Shown here: piece after piece, positions 27,170 to 39,836 of the stretch | Position numbering within the stretch: position 1 is the first letter of the stretch | How the letters are laid out: every line of letters begins with the position of its first letter | Source: Octopus bimaculoides | Taxonomy: Eukaryota | Direction: 5' to 3' | Length of the DNA stretch: 64,000 nt | Assembly (NCBI RefSeq): GCF_001194135.2 | Contig: NC_068990.1 | Coordinates: 89,631,050 to 89,695,049 of the forward strand | The notes under the pieces: model-generated | Databases searched by the model: none | Told to the model about the DNA's origin: nothing | Seen by the model: only the letters and a program-made list of their open reading frames with translations | Program-made: the position numbers and the translations under genes

Positions 27170-28345
27170 CTTAGCTCATGCAAAAGTAGAATTCGACCAC
27201 ATGTTCCAGTTGGGTCTTATTCGTTCTTTTACTAGCCCATGGTCTTCATCTCTCCATTTGGTCCGCAATGGATTTCCGCCCAGTCGGCGATTATAGCAGA
27301 TTAAATGCTATTATGATCCTAGACAGATACTCTGTTCCACGACTGCAGGATTTTATTTCTACTTTGCACGGTAGTACTGTCTTTTCTAAGGTTGATCTTG
27401 TCCGGACGTATCACCAGATTCCTTTAAATCTAGACGATATACCAAAGATTGCCCTTACCACTCCTTTTCGTTCGTTTGAATTCCTTCCAATGCCTTTTGG
27501 ATTGCGGAACGCCGCTAGCACCTTTCAAAGGTTTATAGACTAGGTCATTCGTGGTCTCGACTTTGTTTATGCTTATATTGATGATTTACTCATCGCAAGT
27601 TCTACGATGGAAGGGCATATCCAGCATCTAACGCTACTTTTTCGGCGTTTACGTGATTATCAAACCAAAATCAACCCAGCAAAGTGTGTGTTTGGTTCTG
27701 CGTCGTTAGAATTCTTAGGCCACATCATCGATCGTGATGAGATTCGTCCTCTCCAAGAGAAGGTACAAGCTATTCAGAAGCGTCCTCCTCCATCTTCTCT
27801 GAAGTTATCTCCCTTTCACTGTTACATGTGGCTGATTTTCAAACTGTTAAACAAGCACTGACTAATGTTTCGGTGTTGGTACACCCAAAACCAGATGCAA
27901 AGCTTTCGCTTGTGGTAGATGCATCAGATACACCGGTAAGTATCGAACTGACCAAGGAATTCTGCAACCGCTGGCATTTAAATCCCGCCAGCTCAAGCCC
28001 GCTGATACATGCTGTAGCACGTTTGGAAGAGAATTACTCGCTATTTATCTTGCGGTGAAGCATTTTTGTTATTTCCTGGAAGGAAGGGAGTTTACTATAT
28101 TCACAGACCACAGACCCCTTACCTTTGCACTTTTTTACCAAGTCGGACAACTCTTCACCGACAGAGACCCGAAATCTTGATTATATATCGTAATTTTCTA
28201 GCGATATTCGGCATATCTCCTATTCTCGCTATATTGTTGCTGACACCTTATCTCGCTTGTCAGTTTGTTCATTGTCGTCCACTTCTACGATAGACTTGAT
28301 TGCCTTGTCAGCTGGCCAACCACTACTATCGACCTTTGACATTTC
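27170..28345 (+). mobile_element. Gypsy/Ty3 LTR-retrotransposon pol fragment (RT + RNase H), pseudogenized
   Basis: SPWSSSLHLV, DYSRLN, FSKVDL..YHQIP, MPFGLRNAASTFQRFID, YAYIDDLLIAS, KCVF..LEFLGH, DASD, TDHRPL, VADTLSR; has stops and frameshifts. Confidence 0.95.
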
Positions 28346-28349
28346 ATCT

Positions 28350-28520
28350 GAGTTACGGTTCAGTTCAGTCCATTATCACCGAAGATTTTAGGTATGAGAT
28401 GCGTGTCTGCCAAGTTTGTGCCAAAACTGCTTTCAGCTGGCCAAAGTGACACTCGGGTTTCAGTTGCACAAGATCTCGTTGATTGTGCTGAGGACGATGA
28501 AAACTCTTTGAAAACTTTGC
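28350..28520 (+). mobile_element. Mariner transposase internal fragment (inverted segment)
   Basis: SYGSVQSIITED/GMRCVSAKFVPKLLS..QDLVDCAEDDENSLK, the region preceding the first catalytic D. Confidence 0.8.
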
Positions 28521-28790
28521 GTAGGAGACTGAGTAGGTATCGCTAAGCTTTTGGCAAAATTTGATGCAGATTCTCTTCTCAACTTTCTCTGTCATGCTCA
28601 ATGCGACGATCACACGCTACACATTTTCCTTCCAAGCATTGCTGTAAACAGCGGAAGTGAGTTAGAAAGTTAAAACTTAGGTGCGCATGCACAGCACAGT
28701 GCAAAGTCAATCTGTGCCAAGCGGCTTCACTCTGCGTGATTTAGCTGCGATACTATGGCAACAACCCGGATACATATGGGTCAAACCACG
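28521..28790 (-). mobile_element. Mariner 5' end: TIR, leader and transposase N-terminus
   Basis: TA|CGTGGTTTGACCCATATGTATCCGG terminus at 28790; MTEKVEKRICIKFCQKLSDTYSVSYAKF. Confidence 0.8.
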
Positions 28791-28819
28791 TATATACACA
28801 CACCCGAACATACATATAC

Positions 28820-28866
<47 letters not shown>

Positions 28867-29285
28867 CACACACACANNNNNNNNNNCACACACACACACA
28901 CACGCACACACACACACACATATGTATATACATTCATATACACATACATATATATAAATACACACGTACACAATCCAAAGCAAATATTATATGCTTATAT
29001 GAATACTTGTAATGACGCACATATATAGAGATACATGCGTACACTCCTCGACTATGACGGGTTTCGTAACCATAGAAGCATGTGAAGAGATGCTGGTAAA
29101 TATATGACATCAGTAAGCAAAAAAAAAAAAATTTTAAATAACAATCAATGCAGCAAAAAATAAAACATATATATAAACAAAAAGAATTTAGCAAAACAAT
29201 AAAATACACACTTGTGAAGGGAAACAGGGCGACAACTAAAAGAATTATATCTTTAAATGTTTATATGAGTAGGGATGATATACGC

Positions 29286-29328
<43 letters not shown>

Positions 29329-29449
29329 CAGGCATACAATACATTTTACAAAGCCATAAGATTCATATAAGTTTATATACAAGCGGATATATACGCAAAT
29401 GTATGTATACATATATACACCTATATACATACATACATACATACATACA

Positions 29450-29483
<34 letters not shown>

Positions 29484-29983
29484 CATGCATAGTCAGTTCA
29501 AAGGAAAAAAAAACAATTAAAAATCAAAGAAAAGAAGGATAAAACGAACGTGGGGAGGTGCACGAGGAATATATGAATTTGACGCTCGGTGAAAGGAGAA
29601 AGTTGTGAACGTCGCGTAACTATTTAGCCAAACTTAATATTTTAAATACACGGACCATATGTACTTGGAGTGTAGCCTTTAAAATGATTAATTTCATTTC
29701 TTACAGATTTTTGAAATTCTCACGGTAAACTTCTCGTTTGCTAAGACAAATCTCCGAAAGTGGATGGAGAAAATTCGCAGTGTTATTTTGGAATATTGAT
29801 AGCACATCTCTCATGTTCACAGAAGATGAGGATTCATGCCCCGTATTCTGCCTTCCACTTTTTCCCAATGAAGGATTTTTTAACTTAATATTCTACATGC
29901 TATTATTCAGTGATTTATTTACTTCGAGTTCCACTGTTAAAATCGATTTATTACACCCCACCGTATGTGTGTGTGTGTGTGTT

Positions 29984-30040
<57 letters not shown>

Positions 30041-30323
30041 NNNNNNNNNNNNNNNNNNNNNNNNNNNNNNNNNNNNNNNNNNNNNNNNNNNNNNNNNNNN
30101 NNNNNNNNNNNNNNNNNNNNNNNNNNNNNNNNNNNNNNNNNNNNNNNNNNNNNNNNNNNNNNNNNNNNNNNNNNNNNNNNNNNNNNNNNNNNNNNNNNNN
30201 NNNNNNNNNNNNNNNNNNNNNNNNNNNNNNNNNNNNNNNNNNNNNNNNNNNNNNNNNNNNNNNNNNNNNNNNNNNNNNNNNNNNNNNNNNNNNNNNNNNN
30301 NNNNNNNNNNNNNNNNNNNNNNN

Positions 30324-30850
30324 GTAGTGGGTAGCGATTTTCTTCATTACTTCTGGGAGTGACGACCCCTGCATGACTCGAGTCCCGGGCTCAGCTGGCT
30401 CCGGCTGACAGTATCCAGTATGGGCCCCTATCCAGGGTTACGGAAAGGAGACAACTTTCAAAGAAATCCGGAACGGAGCCCCGTAGGTGGTTTAGTGTTC
30501 GACTCGACACTCTTCCGGTAGCTCCTGCAACCAAGCTGGTGCCAAATGTAATGCTCTGCAATCTTTTGGGCTACGTCAGCAAGGTCGAGAGAGGAATCCT
30601 GACGATTTGGCTACCCAGGATTTTCTTACATCTAGCCCAGGCCTGCGCAAAAACTGGAGAGGACACTTCAGTGCTGCTGTAAAAAGCTTCGCTACATCTG
30701 CATCACTTACCAGAGGGAGTGTTTGTCCAGGATAGGAATACACAGCCACAGCAGGAGATGTAAGTGACATGAAGTGTAAAAACCAAACTGGATTATTTTA
30801 TGCGCAACTCCATTGTCTTCCGAGACAAAAGGGTGCCAACAACAACAACA
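30324..30850 (+). mobile_element. RTE-clade LINE derivative: 5'UTR-like region joined to the extreme 3' end
   Basis: C-terminal CITYQRECLSRIGIHSHSRRCK* (30699-30767, RTE-type C-x-C-SRIG-SH-RRC motif); 3' end CCATTGTCTTCCGAGACAAAAGGGTGCC(AAC)n; GC-rich UTR-like upstream part; no RT. Confidence 0.7.
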
Positions 30851-31393
30851 ATATATATAGGCTAACCCTATTAAGATGTTATGTCCGCTTTTTGCAGCCA
30901 TCAGACCCTACTTGCAATCTTCCAACTCACTGCATGACATATTAAGCAAGTATATTTTAACATAACCATGCGTCTATCCAAGCGTTATATTTTTCTATAT
31001 ATTAACATATCGATTTTCTTTTGTCTACTTTGCTCCTGTATTTATATATCTTCTAAATGTCTTTAAAAAATTTGTCACATAATTACTAGAGGCTTTTAGA
31101 GTAAAGATGTATTGAACATGATATATATGGACTGTTTACATATTTATTAATCTAGTTATTTATCGGCTTCCATTTTTTCTCTCTACTGATCTCGTTTACT
31201 ACTTGTTCATTAATCTATGACAGGCAATGACAGATTTATCACCAGGAGACATATTTTCTTTATCATAATTAGAATATAAAATTAGTGTATCAACACATTA
31301 CTTTAGAGGTACGTATCTTTTAAAGACATTATGATGAATATATATATATATATATATATTTATATAAGATAATGATAATGTCGTTTTATTATA

Positions 31394-31450
<57 letters not shown>

Positions 31451-33341
31451 ATATATATATACACACATACATATATATACACGAACAAACAAACACACAC
31501 ACATATGTACATACATATATGCATATATATAATGATACGCTAGTCATTGCAATTTCCAGGTCTCGAACAGTTAGTGACTTTAGTACTGCATTTCTTTCAA
31601 GCCCTGTGTATACATGTTATTCTGTACCGTAGGAATGATAATGAAACGATTGAATCTTGCATGCGTTTAATTTCACACTGCTTTCTTCGGCCCATCTTCG
31701 TAGAGATTAGAGGTCCTTTCTGTGAGTTCTTTTTTTCAGTATAATTTGTGCTTTTACTGTCTTTCAAACCTTCGTATTATCTGTGTAGCGAGGGAGAAAT
31801 TTTATGTTGAAAACCAAAAGAAAGTTTCATAGAATTACTACAAAGAGTAACGTTTCCTAGGACTGTCTAAGTTGCGCCCCGCTTTATATATATTTCTATG
31901 TAAATAGATATGTATATGTACATATGCACATATATATGTATATATTTATACATGTACGGAAATATGTTTGTAAATGATTATGTGTGTATGTGTTTATGCG
32001 TGTGTGTATGTTTATGCTTATATACGTACGTAACATGCATTCTATTGTATATACATATATACATGAAGACATATACACGCACGTGTACGTGCGTATACTG
32101 TAACATACCGTAGTGTCTATCAACACGAACACTGATCTATCGCATTCTTGTTATGACCAAAACATTCTGTCAAAAGAACATCCAGCCTTTGACAACTGAC
32201 ACCGACCGAAAAAGCATTATAATTGCGCTCCTCAACACCCACATAAATGATAAATAATCTCTGCTTGCCAGTAGTGAAATTATTTCCCCTTCTACATACC
32301 ATCTTTCATTGTCAATTACTGAGCCACGTATACAGCACATACGGCCATGTAGCAACGTATAAATCACATAAATCTACATACACATAGCATACAGTTTCCA
32401 TGTTATGTTGCTAATATATTAATATTATAAGACTGGTTATCTCACACATTTCTTACAATCCATATCTGACATCACAGTGTTGTCAAATATAATAAAATGT
32501 TGACCTTTTGACACCACGAAATTGTTCACTCGACAAAATGAAATAATAAATAGAATTATCAATTCCCCAGCAACTTGTCCACAGGAATTGACCTGATCAA
32601 TGCAAGCAGCCACACATTCTTATTTAGAAGCCATTCTTATTTCTCTTCATCCAGATCCTAGATATTTGAGAACGAGAAGTTTTCTACGATTACGAAACTC
32701 CGAATGATATAAAGGTGAATCAACTTGCTAACAAACGCTGTATGAGTTTGAGTTCAGCGCTCAGTCATTTGCACCATGAATCGGAGTATGTGTATGCGAA
32801 TGTATGTATGTATGCATGTATGTATGCATGTATGTATGCATGTATGTATGTATGTATGTATGTATGTATGTATGTATGTATGTATGTATGTATATACATA
32901 CGAGGGACGTGCCGCCTAGNNNNNNNNNNNNNNNNNNNNNNNNNNNNNNNNNNNNNNNNNNNNNNNNNNNNNNNNNNNNNNNNNNNNNNNNNNNNNNNNN
33001 NNNNNNNNNNNNNNNNNNNNNNNNNNNNNNNNNNNNNNNNNNNNNNNNNNNNNNNNNNNNNNNNNNNNNNNNNNNNNNNNNNNNNNNNNNNNNNNNNNNN
33101 NNNNNNNNNNNNNNNNNNNNNNNNNNNNNNNNNNNNNNNNNNNNNNNNNNNNNNNNNNNNNNNNNNNNNNNNNNNNNNNNNNNNNNNNNNNNNNNNNNNN
33201 NNNNNNNNNNNNNNNNNNNNNNNNNNNNNNNNNNNNNNNNNNNNNNNNNNNNNNNNNNNNNNNNNATATATATATATATATATATATATTTGTGTGTGTG
33301 TGTGTGTGCGTGTGTGTATATATATATATATATATGTGTGC

Positions 33342-33379
<38 letters not shown>

Positions 33380-34061
33380 CACACATACACGTTAAAGTCA
33401 AAATAATAGATGTAAATTAATATATGTTCCGCGTATGCATACAAAGCTGTTGAGGTATAGAAATTAACACCGGAAAGGGACAAATGAAGCAATGTGACCC
33501 AGAATATCGAGATTTCTATCACGCTGTATTTTATTGTAAAAACACTTTGCAAAGAGATCTTTAATAACGGATGTTAACAGTAAAAAGCAATTGAATATAT
33601 ACTTAGAGTTATTCGATCGTCAGTAATAATCTCATATAAAGAAAATATGTTTATCCTGAAACTGAGGAGATTTTTCAATAAATATGTTATGAATTCATGT
33701 TTGAAGCATTAATATAATGAAATATAATGATGTTCCGCAGCAAAAAGACGCTAAAATGTAATCATCTTATGTATATTAAGATAAATGTATATATTTATTA
33801 AATTTATATCTTTCACGGATGCTAAATGGCGTTTCTAACACTTGCAGCAGTAAATTAACGAGTAAGATGCCCTCATAAGCGAAAAGATTTTGAATAGCAG
33901 CCGACATCATAAGTCAGTCAAATGTGCCATGATGCTAGTTCACTCAGCTTGAGTTAGGAAAATCTTTATGTTCACGATATATATACATACATACATATGA
34001 AGTGGGTACACGACAAAACCAACGGCTACGAGTTTACTCTAAGAGATAATCAGATGCTTGC

Positions 34062-34512
34062 ATGTCAGTGTGGTTCAGAAGCCTGCTTTGCAATCACGTG
34101 GTTTCGGGCTCAGACAGCGCTGCACTTTGGGCGAGTGTCTTCTACAAGAGCCCCGGATCACCCGATGTCAAGTGAGTGGATTTGGTGGACTGAATGTGAA
34201 AGAAACTAGTCCTATATATATATATATATATATATATNNNNNNNNNNNNNNNNNNNNNNNNNNNNNNNNNNNNNNNNNNNNTGTGTGTGTGTGTGTGTGT
34301 GTTTATGTGTGTGTGGCAGTATTTGTACCCCGCCATCGCTTAACATCCGATGCTGGTATGTTTATGTCCCCGAAACTTAGCGGTTCGGCAAAAGTAACCG
34401 ATAGAATTAGAACTTGAATTAAAAAATAAAATACTGAGGTCGATCTGTTTGAATAAACCTTTGAAGGCTTTGCCCCAGCATGGCCGCAGTAAATAAAGGA
34501 AGCAAGAAAAGA
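34062..34512 (+). mobile_element. Family C CORE-like SINE with internal microsatellite and gap
   Basis: Head TGTGGTTCAGAAGCCTGCTT, CTTTGGGCGAGTGTCTTCTAC, tail CCCCAGCATGGCCGCAG. Confidence 0.8.
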
Positions 34513-35638
34513 TCAGTGGTTCGTGGAGCTTGGTTTTGTCTACGCCAATAGAGCGAATTTCAAGTGTAATACAGTACTTGGACAACGTACCTTTGAATAG
34601 TTATATGACACAGAATTCTTTCCAATTAATACGTATATCTTCTAGTTTAATGGAAAAAGTGCGTTTATAAACGAACTGCAAAGTCTATCAAAGCCGGTCA
34701 AGTATAGAAATGTCTACTGAATAAACACTGAAAAGCAGATAATGTCTTTGATTTTGAATTAAAATGTTAGAAATCCTTTCGCGAAGTTAGATTTCTAATA
34801 GCAAAGATACCGTAGCAGAATTCATGAGACTTTCAATTCCGTCTGTAAGATTCTGATGGAAGTCGTACCAAGGAAATTACTGCTCTTGAATTCTTCAAAA
34901 GCAGTAATATCTTTGGTAAGACTCGTCAGTTGTATCAGAGGAAGTATCTAATATATCTATATATCATTATATTATTATTATATTATTATATTATTATATT
35001 ATTATATTATTATATTATTATCCATATATTCACCTTATGGCAAGAATTGTCTGTATATTTATTTTTCAGTATTCTCCATTATATTGGGATATATATATAT
35101 ATATATGTAGTAGTAAGAAAAAGGGAGGAGGAGAATTTCGATTATCCCCACGTGGTCAGTTGCAATGCAACAAATATATATATTTTATAAAAGAAGGAGT
35201 ATTGTGTTTGTCGACCAGTTTCGCTTTCGCTGATCATGACATTAAAATTATTATAATAATTTCGTATTTTCTCAAGAAAATTTTAGTCCAGGTTGTTTAT
35301 GGGAGTTTGTGAATGAATCTCGTTTCAGGGACTTTTTCTAATTTTTTTTTCTGACCAGGACTGTATTCTTACAGCCATTAGTAATGAACTTACCTGCCTT
35401 CGGCCAGGGGATCTGACGAGTTGCCTATATTGCTAAGAGCAACAATCGATGTGAAACCAATGGTAACTTTCTAACAGGCCATAACGAACGACTACACTAA
35501 ATCTTACTCCTCAGAAAATTTGTTAGAGTATGCTTTTTCGGATTTAGGAAGAACTGACCGATATGTGTGTGTGTGTTTGTGTGTATGTGTGTATATGAGT
35601 GCATATGTGTTTGTATATTTACATATATGTGTATATGT

Positions 35639-35670
<32 letters not shown>

Positions 35671-36419
35671 TGGTTAGTTGAGTTAGCGGTTAAAATAACC
35701 GTTTAAAGGATAGAAGTATCCATTACACTGCCGGTATATTACCTATATTTAACAATACTAATTTATTATTTTTATTATTATTTCAATAATTGATGTAAGT
35801 CAATTGTTGTTCATCAATACTTCCCCATTTTCTGTTTTCTTTACATAATATAAATATATATATATAAATATTATTATTTCTAAATCTCTGTAAAGGAGAC
35901 TACGGAAGCTGTAGTAGGTATTAATAGTTATCGCCAAGCTAACATGGCAGTCCAGAAAAATAGGACATATATATTTGTGTGTATATATATATATATATAT
36001 ATATNNNNNNNNNNNNNNNNNNNNNNNNNNNNNNNNNNNNNNNNNNNNNNNNNNNNNNNNNNNNNNNNNNNNNNNNNNNNNNNNNNNNNNNNNNNNNNNN
36101 NNNNNNNNNNNNNNNNNNNNNNNNNNNNNNNNNNNNNNNNNNNNNNNNNNNNNNNNNNNNNNNNNNNNNNNNNNNNNNNNNNNNNNNNNNNNNNNNNNNN
36201 NNNNNNNNNNNNNNNNNNNNNNNNNNNNNNNNNNNNNNNNNNNNNNNNNNNNNNNNNNNNNNNNNNNNNNNNNNNNNNNNNNNNNNNNNNNNNNNNNNNN
36301 NNNNNNNNNNNNNNNNNNNNNNNNNNNNNNNNNNNNNNNNNCCAAACGCCCCCCCCCCACATGCACACATGCACGCAGTCATCCATATACACTCACGCAC
36401 ATACACACATGTACACACA

Positions 36420-36560
36420 TAACAAGCATCCACATAATTTGGGTCCCGTCTCCCAATTTCACTACTAAGTGATTTGGGGCTAATAACAGAAGACACTTTC
36501 CCGAGGTGCTGCGCCGTGAGACACAACCTGAAACCATACGCTTGCAAAGTGAGCCTGGCG
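36420..36560 (-). mobile_element. Degenerate family C SINE 5' half
   Basis: AGAAGACACTTTCCCGAGGTGCTGCGCCGTGAGACACAACCTGAAACCAT. Confidence 0.55.
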
Positions 36561-36919
36561 TTAACTTTGCGAATCTCAGACCTTTTGGTCTTAGCATGTC
36601 TTTTCGGAGAGAGAAATGATTTGCCCTTTGGCCATAACATGATTACAATAATTAGAAATTAATAGAAAATGTAAATATTAAATCAGTGCAAATGGTTTGT
36701 GTTTGAGGGTCGGAGAGGTAAGTAAAGGAGAGCAGGGGGAGAGTGCTGCATCAAATCGAAAGAAGAACAATTAGCATAGGGTGAAAGAGGAGGATTATGG
36801 GATGGCGGTATGTAGGCGGAAGTGTTCTCTGTTGAGAAAGTCAGTCACCGATGTCAATACTCACTCATCAGGTACATCAGGGTGATTGTGAGGACAATAG
36901 CTTGGAAAGCGATGATAAT

Positions 36920-37210
36920 GATAAAGGAAGATAATGTTACTGATGGTGAGGGTGCCGTTGCTAGTGGTAATGATGAAGAAAATGGTGATGTTGAAAATGA
37001 TGAGAGCGATGATGCTGTTGACGATGACAGCGACGAAGATGAGGTGGGGGTGATAATGGCGACGACAACAACAATGATGATTACGTTGATCAGGTTGCTG
37101 GTGGTGCCGACGGTGATGATGATAATGATGATGATGATGATGGTGTTGGTGGTTATGTTGCTGGAGGTGGCGCTGGTAGTGGAGTGGTGGTGGTGGTGGT
37201 GAGAACGATG
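36920..37210. repeat. Degenerate (GAT)n/(GGT)n low-complexity tract
   Basis: Mixed trinucleotide repeats producing D/M/V/H-rich pseudo-ORFs. Confidence 0.8.
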
Positions 37211-37679
37211 ATAATGAAGGCGCTGACCTGTTCAGGCAGAGCAAACCATTATCTCCTGAAATATAAACATGTCAACAAGGCAAATAGCGATGAGCGCCGC
37301 ATTAGTCAAATGTTCCCCGCAGCTTAACGCTTCCTTCCATACATTGAGGGTATGCGTGCTGTTATCTATGCGTGTGTTTCCGCATACATGATATATATGT
37401 ATACATACATGCATACATACATACATACATACATACATACATACATGAATACATATACAAATATGTATGTACACCGACACGCACATACGTTTTTCTATCT
37501 GCGCGTGTGTGTGTGTGTGTAGGTGTGTGTGCACCTGTGTGTGCGTGTGTGCATGTGTGTGTGCGTGTGTAACTTCGTACTGTTGTGAAACAAAAAAAAA
37601 ACTGCTCAAACATCAGACGCAAACGCTTTTTCTGCAATAATGAGAAAATCGAAAAGATTTAAAAAAAAACTACTGGATT

Positions 37680-37830
37680 TCTCTCCTCCTCCTCCTGCTG
37701 CTCCTCCTCCTGCTCCTGCCCCTGCCCCTCCTGCCCCTTCCCCTCCTGCTCCTCCTGCCCCTCCTGCTCCTCCTGCTGCTGCTGCTGCTGCTCCTCCTCC
37801 TATTCCTCCTCCACCAACACCACCATGTGT
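37680..37830. repeat. (CCT)n/(GCT)n low-complexity tract
   Basis: Lies between microsatellites; the proline-rich ORF runs directly into (GT)n. Confidence 0.8.
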
Positions 37831-37867
37831 ATGTATGTGTGCGTGTGCATATATAAGTGTGTGTGAA

Positions 37868-37946
<79 letters not shown>

Positions 37947-38330
37947 ATGATGTTCAAATCGCCATCATAATGCCACTATTTTGATAACCAAACGCGATAT
38001 AGTGGGTTAACTTTTTCATTTGTATGGGACCAACCCAAGGATGAATAGACGGAAACTGTGTGGAATCTGATCCGATGAAGTATATCTCTAATGCAAAATG
38101 GCAACTTTGTGCGCGTATATACGCGCACATACAAAAACCTACGTACACACGCACACGCACACACACACACACACACAAACACACACAGATACGCACATAC
38201 GTACAATCACACACGTACATCCAATCATTCATCGTACCGTACATCGTACCATACTGTGTAGAATACTCACATATTTTACACACTAATTCGATAAATCACA
38301 CACGCACACACACACATACGCACACGCACA

Positions 38331-38377
<47 letters not shown>

Positions 38378-38712
38378 GTGCAGATACATGCACACACATA
38401 TGTATATAGATGTGGATTGTTGGAATCAAGTTCCATGATTATTAATAATCGAAACAAATTACACAACTGATGGAATTTAACTGGAAACAATAAAAGATAG
38501 AAAAACAAAAAATAAAGCAGAGAAAAACAGAACAAAAACAACAAAAAGCAAAAGAAAAATGCATATCCCTATGAATTTCCTTATCTCAGTTTTTTCTCTC
38601 CCTGTCCCCCTCACTCACTCTTTCTTTCTCTCTCTCTCTCTCTCTCTTGCAACTTGCACACAATAGATATAAATAAATCATTCTCTTTACATGTATGTAC
38701 ATATATATGTAC

Positions 38713-38746
<34 letters not shown>

Positions 38747-39491
38747 NNNNNNNNNNNNNNNNNNNNNNNNNNNNNNNNNNNNNNNNNNNNNNNNNNNNNN
38801 NNNNNNNNNNNNNNNNNNNNNNNNNNNNNNNNNNNNNNNNNNNNNNNNNNNNNNNNNNNNNNNNNNNNNNNNNNNNNNNNNNNNNNNNNNNNNNNNNNNN
38901 NNNNNNNNNNNNNNNNNNNNNNNNNNNNNNNNNNNNNNNNNNNNNNNNNNNNNNNNNNNNNNNNNNNNNNNNNNNNNNNNNTAGATATATAAATGTTCTG
39001 AAAACTATTCAAAGACTTGGATTTTATATCTTTTTCTGTTAATTATTATATATATATATACATACACACACTCATACACGTCGATATATATGCAAGAAAG
39101 TATATTTACATACATACAAACGTATGTACACACACACACACACATGTATATGGGAGTGTATCTGTGTTGTTTATTTGAAATGATCAGGTTCGAAAGAAAA
39201 CACATAAATAATCGGTGCAAATAAAATTCCCTAAAGTGTTATTCTGAAAGATAAAATGAGAAAGAGTTAGTGAGAATGAGAGAGGATGATACAGTCAGAG
39301 ACAAGAAGGATACACAATTAACGGTATTTTAGAATAGGACAGGAATTGTTTGATGGAGAGGAAAATTGACATTTTGAAAGTGTTGCAAGATATGAAGGTG
39401 TGTTCATACATATACCCATATATACGTTTGTGTACATGCATATTCAGAGATATGCATATACATGCCTCCGCTTATACAATTCATGTATGTG

Positions 39492-39525
<34 letters not shown>

Positions 39526-39567
39526 AAAGTATGCACAAATGCATACCTGAATTACATATACGTGTTT

Positions 39568-39709
39568 GCGTGACAAGAAGTTCACTTCTAAACCAAATGG
39601 TTACAGGTTTAGTCCCAGTGACTGGCATCTTGGACATGTGTCTTCTACTATAGTCTCAGAGCAAAGCCTTTTGAGGGAATTTGGTAGGCAGAAACTGCAA
39701 AATGTCTGT

Positions 39710-39715
<6 letters not shown>
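39568..39715 (+). mobile_element. Family C SINE 5' half
   Basis: GGTTTAGTCCCAG..CTTGGACATGTGTCTTCTACTATAG..GAATTTGGTAGGCAGAAACTG. Confidence 0.75.
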
Positions 39716-39744
<29 letters not shown>

Positions 39745-39752
39745 GTTAATTC

Positions 39753-39791
39753 AAAGTCAGTGAACAGCGATGACGAAACCGGTATGACTTT
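39753..39791 (+). ncRNA. Minimal hammerhead-like fold with G3:C8 core (identical copy at 39845-39883)
   Basis: AAAGTCA-GTGAACA-GCGATGAC-GAAA-CCGG-TA-TGACTTT: perfect 7 bp stem I, palindromic ACCGGT stem III, GUA triplet, stem II reduced to a single G-C pair. Confidence 0.65.
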
Positions 39792-39805
39792 ATGCNNNNN
39801 NNNNN

Positions 39806-39836
<31 letters not shown>

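Noticed and set aside
30390-30560. HDV-like ribozyme in the RTE leader
   Set aside because: A 7 bp helix exists, but I could not assign P2/P3/L3/P1.1 by eye; this needs a descriptor search.
32655-32714. 60 nt exon with a strong acceptor and AAG|GTGAAT donor
   Set aside because: All three frames contain stops.
37640-37984. Proline-rich ORF as a real protein
   Set aside because: It is a (CCT)n/(GCT)n tract running into (GT)n, with no splice or domain context.
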